Shown here: in pieces, positions 56,613 to 64,000 of the stretch
Numbering within the stretch: the stretch's first letter is position 1
How the letters are laid out: each line of letters opens with the position of its first letter
Origin: an uncultured Ignavibacteriaceae bacterium
Lineage (GTDB): Bacteria > Bacteroidota > Ignavibacteria > Ignavibacteriales > Ignavibacteriaceae
Assembly (NCBI GenBank): GCA_963698525.1
Contig: CAVORE010000008.1
Coordinates: 33,122-97,121 of the forward strand
Length of the DNA stretch: 64,000 nt
Direction: 5' to 3'
Notes under the pieces: model-generated
What the model saw: only the letters and a program-made list of their open reading frames with translations
Told to the model about the DNA's origin: nothing
The model's database searches: none
Program-made: the position numbers and the translations under genes

Positions 56613-58771
56613 ATGAAAGCATTTATAATCAGCATACTTTTATTTTTCACTGCTAATGCACAAAACATCTGGTATGTGAACAGGGATGCAAGTGGAAATG
56701 AACAAATGGGGCAATCCTGGAATAATCTTGGGTTCTAAGTTGGTGGCCAATATCAACTGGGGCAATATATCAGCCGTGGTGATTCTATTTATATCTCGGT
56801 GGAAGTAGTGATCGACTTATTTAGAGCACTTACGATAGACCAACTCCCAATTATACATTTCGCTTCGGCAACGCCAGTAGTTATTAAGTTCAGCCTGGCA
56901 ATGTGGACATAATGGGAAATAGTTTTTATAGCTACCAAGTTCAAATAGCCAGCATCATCTTTTGCGAATTAGAGGAATTTCAAATCTTAAAATACGGGAA
57001 TTACTTTTATGGATTTGAGAACTCACCTACTGATCTTAATGGATGATTTAATTGGTGATGCAAGTGATCCTGGTGATACTTACGGAAAGGGTGCATTTTG
57101 ATAATGTTCATATAATTGGGAATGGTACTACCAGGATTTTTAATTTTGAGGGTTCAAAAATAACTTTATCAAACTTCAAAATTGAACATACTGTAAATAA
57201 TGACCCAGACTGATTGTGACCCTTAATTGGAACAGTATGGTAGAGGGGGAATACCATTATTGAAAATAATACATTCATCAGAGGAATCACAAATATAGGT
57301 ACAGATGCTCATAGAGATATGATTACAGCTTGCTCATTTTGGTGAAGGAACTTCAGGGGACATCATCGTAAAGATACCAATGTATATAATTTTCAAGATG
57401 GTAATGGCAAGTAGTTGGAATGCATTACTTTATTGCTTCTGTTCCATACGTAATGCAAGTTTTGTATGTTTATAATAATATACTATTAGTAATACTACGA
57501 GGAAACTTGGGTAGATTCTATTTATGGGTAATAGTGAATCAGGTTCAAGGCGGAAAATCACCTGGACATTCAAAATACAGTTTTACACCTGATGATAGTA
57601 GTGGTACTTCAAGATCGTTTAGAAGTGCGGCAAATCAACATTACTAACGGCTTACAATCACGATACTTTATGGTAAGAATAATTTAGTTGTTATAGATGC
57701 CCCAGATAGACTTGTTTCTAAGCTGGTGCCCAGATGGTTTTCTTTAAGGAATATAAGGGAGATAGATTATAATGGATATGTATGAAATGGTGGACTGTCA
57801 AACCCGTTTATGGAATTGGGAATGGATTGGCAACTATAATTATGCTACTTGGCAGACGCTTTCAGGGGCACGACGCTAATACCACGACAGGGAATTCTAC
57901 TAGCATGTTATCTTTTAGCAATAAATATGGAACTAAAGCTTCGAAGACTATTATACTACAATCGGCAGGAATTTAGGAGTAAATATCGCAGAGGAAGATC
58001 TGATCTTTTAGCAAAGTTTCCTATTTACTTTCTACAGATATTCTTAGGTAATCCAAGACCTCAAACAGGGCCTGGGATATAGGAGCATTAGAATAGACAG
58101 GAGGCCAGACAAATATTATAAAGGTAAGAGGTAAAGTATATCTGCAAGGACCTTTCAATTCAAATTCAATGTCAACTACACTTGAACCAAAGTTCGCTTT
58201 TCCCGAATTTCAACCATATAATCAACCTCCCTGGAACTATAATGGAAATGAAAGTTTTAGTCTGGTCCAACTCAACAATGGTTGATTGGGTATTAGTCGA
58301 ATTAAGAAATGCTTCAAATCCTCTCAGGTAGTTGCTCGACGAGCAGCAGTACTAAAAAATGATGGACTTCTATCTAGAGACCAAATGGAAGTGAAGGAAT
58401 CCTTTTTAAAATGTCAATCCCGGCTCTTATTATATAGCAATTTATCACAGGAATCATCTTGCAATAATGTCAGCATCACCAGTAGTTCTCTCATTAACTC
58501 CAGCATTTATATGATTTTACAACTGCAATGAATAAGGCATATGGACAAAATCCAATGGTTGAATTAGGTACCTGGCAAATATGGTATGTTTGCAACCGAT
58601 GGAAATGCTGATGGAGTTGTTAATAATGCTGATAGAGATAATGTATGGCTTATGCAGAATGGCAATATGGGATATCTGAATGGTGATTTTAATATGAATA
58701 GTGGTGTTACTATTCACGATGTTAATCAGCTTTGGAATATAAATAACGGAAAAACATCGCAGGTACCTTAG
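56613..58771 (+). pseudogene. Heavily decayed gene for a large secreted protein (signal peptide, beta-helix-like N-terminus, conserved C-terminal region with dockerin/EF-hand-like D.N.DG.VN repeats)
   Basis: ATG 56613 gives MKAFIISILLFFTANAQNIWYVNRDASGNEQMGQSWNNLGF then a stop. Recognisable protein-like text continues in alternating frames (...IIKVRGKVYLQGPFNSNSMSTTLEPKF.FPEFQPYNQPPWNYNGNESF...VVARRAAVLKNDGLL...GMFATDGNADGVVNNADRDNVWLMQNGNMGYLNGDFNMNSGVTIHDVNQLWNINNGKTSQVP stop at 58771). No ORF longer than 96 aa exists in over 2 kb. Confidence 0.65.
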
Positions 58772-58964
58772 TATATAAAAATAAAGTAATGAGTAATAAA
58801 TAAGCAAATAACTTATTTTTTAAATATTCAATAAATTAAGGAGTCATAATTACTGGTAGGATTTAAGCTATGCTTTATTAATTTCGGCTAATTCAACTAC
58901 AAGCCGAAATATTTTTAACAAGAGTTCAGTTAAACCCGGAATATGATGCAAACTCTTTTACGTA

Positions 58965-59813
58965 ATGGAGAGAAATATGAAGCTTTTTAGTTCCCTTCTG
59001 GGAGTGATGTTATTTTGGTATGCCTGTTCTGCAGAAGCAGCAACTATCAATGGCAGATTTGTAATTACCAATTCAAATGCTTTGACGACTTCAGTACTTC
59101 TTCAAATTAACACTGATTCAGGTGTTGATGATCTTGGTGGAGCAACTATTGTTTTTAGCTTTAATACTTCAGCTATCTCCATAAATGAGAATCCTGTTCA
59201 GGATATTGATTACACTTTCCACAATTTTAGCGGTAACAATTATTCTTCAGCAACTGTAACCAGACCGATGACGAATACAATCTGGGTAAACATAGATCTT
59301 CCATTCCTCAATAGTAACAACGGAACCGTTATATCAGGAAGTCCTGAATGGACAGATGTTGTTACAATTCATTTTATTACAGTAGATGCCAATGCATCTC
59401 AGGATTTATCCTGGCTAACAAATAGTCTGTTCTGGGGAATTTATGATGCAGACAATTCTACTTTATCGGGAACAGGAGTGTTTGAAGATTTTCCAACCTC
59501 TGTCGACCCAGGTTCAGACTTTCCTTCGCAATTTATATTGGAGCAAAACTATCCAAATCCTTTTAATCCAAGCACAAAGATTAGATATACAGTGCCATCT
59601 AATACTGCGAGTGGAACGAGTCAGTCTCAGTTAGTCATTCTTAAAGTTTATGACGTTCTAGGAAATGAAATTGCAACTTTGGTTGACGAAGAGAAAGGAC
59701 CCGGAAATTATGAGGTTGAATTCTCTTCTGATAACCTGGCATCGGGAATTTATATTTATAGTTTGCACAGTCCAGGGTTTTCTGAAAATAAAAAAATGGT
59801 AATTTTACGCTGA
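58965..59813 (+). CDS. Secreted protein with T9SS (Por) C-terminal sorting domain; intact member of a local 3-copy family
   Basis: Signal peptide MKLFSSLLGVMLFWYACSAEA. The C-terminal EQNYPNPFNPSTKIRYTVP...LKVYDVLGNEIATLVDEEKGPGNYEVEF...LASGIYIYSL...KKMVILR is a type A T9SS CTD. Confidence 0.85.
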   Translation: MERNMKLFSSLLGVMLFWYACSAEAATINGRFVITNSNALTTSVLLQINTDSGVDDLGGATIVFSFNTSAISINENPVQDIDYTFHNFSGNNYSSATVTRPMTNTIWVNIDLPFLNSNNGTVISGSPEWTDVVTIHFITVDANASQDLSWLTNSLFWGIYDADNSTLSGTGVFEDFPTSVDPGSDFPSQFILEQNYPNPFNPSTKIRYTVPSNTASGTSQSQLVILKVYDVLGNEIATLVDEEKGPGNYEVEFSSDNLASGIYIYSLHSPGFSENKKMVILR

Positions 59814-60505
59814 GATAATTTCCTAAGCGTTCAGACATTTCAAAATTTATCCCACTTTAACAAATCCATTCAAGAAAATTTAAATAGTTACTTTCCTTGA
59901 ATCAAAGAAGATGGCTTTATTATAATGATAAAGTTAACAAAAAGTAAATTATGAAAATGATCAAAAAAAAGAGTCTCCATCTTCAACTAAAACTGAATTT
60001 ATGGCTTCGCTTCAATTTAGTATTCTATTTATTGGAACCTTTGACTTAAACTTACATTTTAATATAATAAAACCGTGTAATAATTATTAATCTGGAAATT
60101 ATTAAGTTACGTTTTGCAAAAGTATTTGCTACAAACACAATTTAATTAAACCAGATAAACTAGTGCGGAGAAAAATAGGTTTGTTTAAATGGCATTTCTA
60201 TCTAACATATTGCATAACGTGAGTTATTTATTTGATTTCACTACATAGAATTCCAATTCATTTATCTGATAGTTAATCAAGGTTTTAATTATATATCATT
60301 GGGTTAACATTCATGGAGGTCTAAAAAATTATGATTTTCAACAGAAATACTATTTATAAAGCCTTTTTCCTCTTTGTGTTTCTCTTACTTTGTAGTGTGG
60401 TTATTTGGCTAAATTTTAACTCTGATCAGATATTGATTTGGACGAAAAAAAGTGGTATGAATCTTAAAAATCCGCAGACAATAATCCCCATGTATTTTCA
60501 ATGCT

Positions 60506-61081
60506 ATGTCCACGTATCGTTTATTTGTTTTTAGTATTTTTCCTGTTTTATATATACTCTCTATTATTATTTATCGATTTTACACTGAACAATTTAAAAA
60601 CCATATTACTAAGCTTCAAAGGTTTATTGTTATTATTATTTTGTTTATATCTTTTCTCTACGGAATTACAACAAACTATAAATATGCAAAAATAGGATAC
60701 AATGACGGTGTTCAATTTGATCTCGACGGTTTTAAAGGAAGGCTATTCACTGGCATTGAAAATGATAATTCTCAAAAACTTTTTTATAACACAGTAAAAA
60801 ACAAAATTAATTCCGATGATATTATTTTTACACCCTCTCCTTTTCTTACAAATTTCTACTTATCAAATCAAGTATATGATCTGAATCAAATATTCAATTC
60901 CGAAATAAAAGGGGATAAATATTACGTGATTATTAGCAGAGAATACTATCCTAATGAAATTTCCAAAGGCTATAGTGAATTAAGAAATTTAGTTGTTAGT
61001 ATTAGAGATACATTGATCATTGGAAATTTTCATTTATTAGAAATTGATAAAGAGCAATTTCAAATTGAAAATCCCAAGTAA
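60506..61081 (+). CDS. Hypothetical membrane protein; possibly the 3' remnant of a larger membrane-protein gene (the overlapping ORF 60331-60534 may be its frameshifted 5' part)
   Basis: Two hydrophobic segments followed by a soluble 120-aa tail. No motif recognised. Confidence 0.3.
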   Translation: MSTYRLFVFSIFPVLYILSIIIYRFYTEQFKNHITKLQRFIVIIILFISFLYGITTNYKYAKIGYNDGVQFDLDGFKGRLFTGIENDNSQKLFYNTVKNKINSDDIIFTPSPFLTNFYLSNQVYDLNQIFNSEIKGDKYYVIISREYYPNEISKGYSELRNLVVSIRDTLIIGNFHLLEIDKEQFQIENPK

Positions 61082-61084
61082 AAC

Positions 61085-61802
61085 TTCAACTCTATATAGA
61101 TGCAGCTACTAATGATCTTGGCGGAGCAACTATTGTTTTTAGTTTTAATACATCAGCTATAAACTCCACAAGAGAATCCTGTTAGTGATATTGATTACAC
61201 ATTCCATAATTTTAGCGGTAACAATTATTCTTTAGCAACTATAACCAGACCGATGACGAATACAATCTGGGTAAACATAGATCTTCCATTCGTCAATAGT
61301 AACAACGGAACCGTTATATCTGGAAGTCCTGAATGGACAGATGTTGTAACAATTCATTTTACTACTGTAGATGCGAATGCATCTCAAGATTTATCCTGGC
61401 TAACAGCATAGTCTGTTCTGGGGAATTTATGATGCAGACAATTCTACTTTATCGGGAACAGGTGTGTTTGAAGATTTTCCGACTTCTGTCGAACCGGGTT
61501 TAGATTTTCCTTCGCAATTTATATTAGAGCAGAATTATCCAAATCCATTTAATCCCAGCACAAAGATTAGATATACAATCCCGTATACGGATGCAAATAG
61601 CACTGCTCCAGTCAAACTAAAGGTTTACGATATGCTTGGTAATGAATTAGCAATATTGGTTGACGAAGATAAAGAACCTGGTATTTATGAAGTAGAATTT
61701 TCTGCCATTAATGGAGTATCAAACTTAGCATCGGGTATTTACATCTACAGAATTGAGAGTGCAGGTTTTGTTGATACAAAGAAAATGGTATTACTTAAAT
61801 AG
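61085..61802 (+). pseudogene. 5'-truncated, frameshifted paralog of 58965-59813 (T9SS cargo)
   Basis: DNA from about 61086 aligns with 59100-59813 (NDLGGATIVFSFNTSAI...TRPMTNTIWVNIDLPF.NSNNGTVISGSPEWTDVVTIHF). There is no signal peptide or start codon. In-frame stops and frame changes occur near 61170-61190 and 61410. Only the last 112 codons (61464-61802, CTD) are open. Confidence 0.75.
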
Positions 61803-62511
61803 TATCATATGATACTAACCATTAATAACAATTAAATTCATTTTTAAGAATTATTTTTTGCCATTCGGAGTTGACACCTGCTTTAATAATTAAGAAGAAT
61901 ATTTGTTTAAAAAATAACCTATTCTTTCTTATCCAAGCGTGTATTCCTTTCCCAGATAATTATACCTCAATCTCATTTAAGCTGAATTAATTTTTTTAAT
62001 TTTGGAATGTAAGGTGAATTCCAAAGTTAAAGGATTACAAACAACACCATACCACGATACTCTACGTTTTCAGAATAATATCCTTAATGCTGGTGCTCAT
62101 ATCCGTGAGATATTTGCTGCACTAAAAAGTCATTCAATTGCAAGTCACTTAAAATTAAAAAGTAATTGTATCCTATTGGCAAGAATAAAGTGTTAATCCA
62201 GTCTTAAAATTAATCTGACGGTCAGTTTCGTCGTCCGTCATTTACTACCAAACTACTTACTACTTTTTTGATTCAAATTCGTTGTAGAATACAATGGTAT
62301 TCAAGTTGAATAGTTAGGCAAACAGCGATAAGAATGGTTGGCTAAAAAGATAAACTCTGGATGAAGTTTAGAACACAGAACCACTTATATACTGCTTTGA
62401 CACATCAGAGCTAAGGAATGGCTGGTTTGAATTCGGCTTTGATAGATACGATGCCGAATGACTTAAATAGAGTTCGGGTAAATACCGAATGTAACTTAAA
62501 CTCTTTCAGAA

Positions 62512-63634
62512 ATGGAGAGAATTATGAGGCCAATTAACTTCTGGATATTAAGCATAATATTTGGCTATGCAACCTTTTCTTTTCCCACGGATGTAAATGG
62601 ACGATTCACTGTAGCGAATATTACAGGTTCAAAGATTTCCGTTTTACTTCAATTAAATACAAATACCGGGGCGGATGATCTTGGCGGTGCAACTGTGGTT
62701 TTTAGTTTTGATACAACGGCTGTTTCTATTATTGAGTATCCGGTAAAGAATGCAGACTATTTTTTTCACAACTTTTCCGAGGGAAATTATTCATCCGCAA
62801 CAATAACAAGACCTATGAGAGATAAAATCTGGGTAAATATTGATCTGCCTTTCAACAACAATAATAATGGAACAGTTGTATCAGCAAACCCAGGATGGTC
62901 TGATGTTGTAACAATTCATTTTGATATTGTTGATCCTAATGGAACAGCAACTCTATCCTGGCAAACGGCAAGCCCATTCTGGGGAATTTATGATGCAAAC
63001 AACACTACTCTCTGGCAGACAGATGAATTTGAAGATCTTTTCAGTCCGCTCCCGGTTGAGCTTATTTCATTTTCTGCAACTTTCCTTTCAAATCAAAATG
63101 TATTATTGGAATGGAAAACCGCTTCTTCATTAAATAACCTTGGTTTCGAAATTCAAAAATCATATACTATTACAGAAGAGTGGATAAGCATTGGGTTTGT
63201 TGAAAATCAAGGAGATCCAAACTCATTAACCGAATATAGTTTTACTGATGTAACATTGCATAATTTTCCTATTGTGAGGTACCGGTTAAAGTCAATTGAT
63301 CACGATGGATCCTTCGAATATTCTGAAGTAATTGAAATTAATACATTGCCAATGAGCTATGAACTTTCTCAGAATTATCCTAATCCCTTTAATCCAAGCA
63401 CAAAAATAAAATTCACAATCCCATTTGTAGAATCAGCTCTAAGAATGAGCGTTTAGTGAATTGAAAGTTTATGATATGCTGGGTAATGAAGTTACAACAT
63501 TAGTTGACGAAGAGAAGGAGCCTGGAATTTATGAGGTTGAATTTTCTAAACCTGAGTTGACTTCTGGAATATATATTTACCGGTTACAAGCGTCTGAGTT
63601 TACTGAAACGAAGAAGATGGTTTTACTTCGTTAA
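62512..63634 (+). pseudogene. Third paralog (with an extra middle domain) whose T9SS C-terminal domain is split by a frameshift
   Basis: The ORF stops at 63456 just after QNYPNPFNPSTKIKFTIP. The rest of the CTD (KVYDMLGNEVTTLVDEEKEPGIYEVEFSKPELTSGIYIYRLQASEFTETKKMVLLR, stop 63632-63634) continues in another frame. The total span of 1123 nt is not a multiple of 3. Confidence 0.7.
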
Positions 63635-63655
63635 TTATTTGAACTGATATATTGG

Positions 63656-64000
63656 TTATATTAAAATTACACTATTCAGAATACTATTATATATCAAAAC
63701 TAAAGTACTTTCTTGTAGACAGTATCCGGAACAATTCCAACCTTGTTGCCCCAGGATATTGGTTGTCTTCAATGCTTTAACCAGTGAATAGTAGGAGTTG
63801 TAATCTTTAAATAATTTTGGTGCATCGTTCATTATTTTATCAAATTCTTCGTAAGATAAATCAAGTTTTTTTAAACAGTAATCGAGGGACTCAAGACCTC
63901 CCGTATATGGGTCTTTGTTTATTACCTCAAGTGCTTCTGCTCTCGTTAACTGACCATTCCTGACTTTAGCTGAGTAATGAAGTTTTCGCTTATCAATATT
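63656..64000 (-). CDS. C-terminal 114 codons of a gene entering from the right edge; possibly an N-acetyl sugar amidotransferase (WbuX-like)
   Basis: The reverse frame is open from 64000 to the stop at 63658-63656: NIDKRKLHYSAKVRNGQLTRAEALEVINKDPYTGGLESLDYCLKKLDLSYEEFDKIMNDAPKLFKDYNSYYSLVKALK... The family assignment is from memory of similar C-termini and is weak. Confidence 0.35.
   Translation of the reverse strand, partial: NIDKRKLHYSAKVRNGQLTRAEALEVINKDPYTGGLESLDYCLKKLDLSYEEFDKIMNDAPKLFKDYNSYYSLVKALKTTNILGQQGWNCSGYCLQESTLVLIYNSILNSVILI

Noticed and set aside
62002-62196. 64-aa ORF (TTG start) between T9SS-cargo paralogs
   Set aside because: It has a non-ATG start, no RBS and no motif. 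It sits in an AT-rich spacer and there is not enough evidence to call it a gene.
1-64000. Phage defence systems, toxin-antitoxin pairs, prophage or integrative elements
   Set aside because: I found no nuclease, helicase, ATPase, methylase-restriction, reverse-transcriptase, integrase or phage structural signatures in any ORF. The accessory content is biosynthetic (NRPS, glycan/lipid tailoring) and not defence related.

Overview
AT-rich segment (roughly one-third G+C by eye, not computed). It probably comes from an Ignavibacteria/Bacteroidota-type (FCB group) bacterium. This is inferred from T9SS C-terminal sorting domains (NYPNPFNPSTKI...), a Y_Y_Y propeller sensor kinase and the general gene content. 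Layout: (1) 1-7.6 kb holds ordinary genes: a partial response regulator, an ACC-deaminase-family PLP enzyme, a DUF4301-like protein and a propeller histidine kinase with a NarL-type regulator. (2) 7.8-20.9 kb is an envelope glycan/lipid tailoring island. It has four radical SAM genes; three are B12-binding, and each is followed directly by a class I methyltransferase. It also has two GT4 glycosyltransferases, a nucleotidyltransferase and an O-antigen-ligase/TPR protein. (3) 21.0-23.2 kb is iorAB. (4) 23.7-41.4 kb is the most interesting part, a compact orphan NRPS locus. Its parts are formyltransferase + half C domain + Gly-like A domain interrupted by a luciferase-like monooxygenase + T; a radical SAM/SPASM enzyme; a NeuD-like hexapeptide acyltransferase fused to a carrier domain; Cy-A(Cys-like, interrupted by an FMN oxidase)-T; and C-A-T-C-A-T (both Gly-like). 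No release domain is visible. (5) 41.6-55.5 kb holds an M24 peptidase and a surface-polysaccharide locus (WbpB/E/D-like trio, SGNH protein, sugar-phosphate transferase, WecB, AAC(3)-like acetyltransferase). The Wbp-like trio is bracketed by a 1225-bp near-identical direct repeat that lies inside two OmpA/thrombospondin-repeat genes. (6) 55.5-63.6 kb is a decaying region with one heavily frameshifted secreted-protein pseudogene and three paralogous T9SS-cargo genes, of which one is intact and two are broken. I recognised no rRNA, tRNA, CRISPR array, transposase, integrase or phage/defence genes. All domain boundaries are approximate and were read by eye. Family names come from motif recognition, not database searches.
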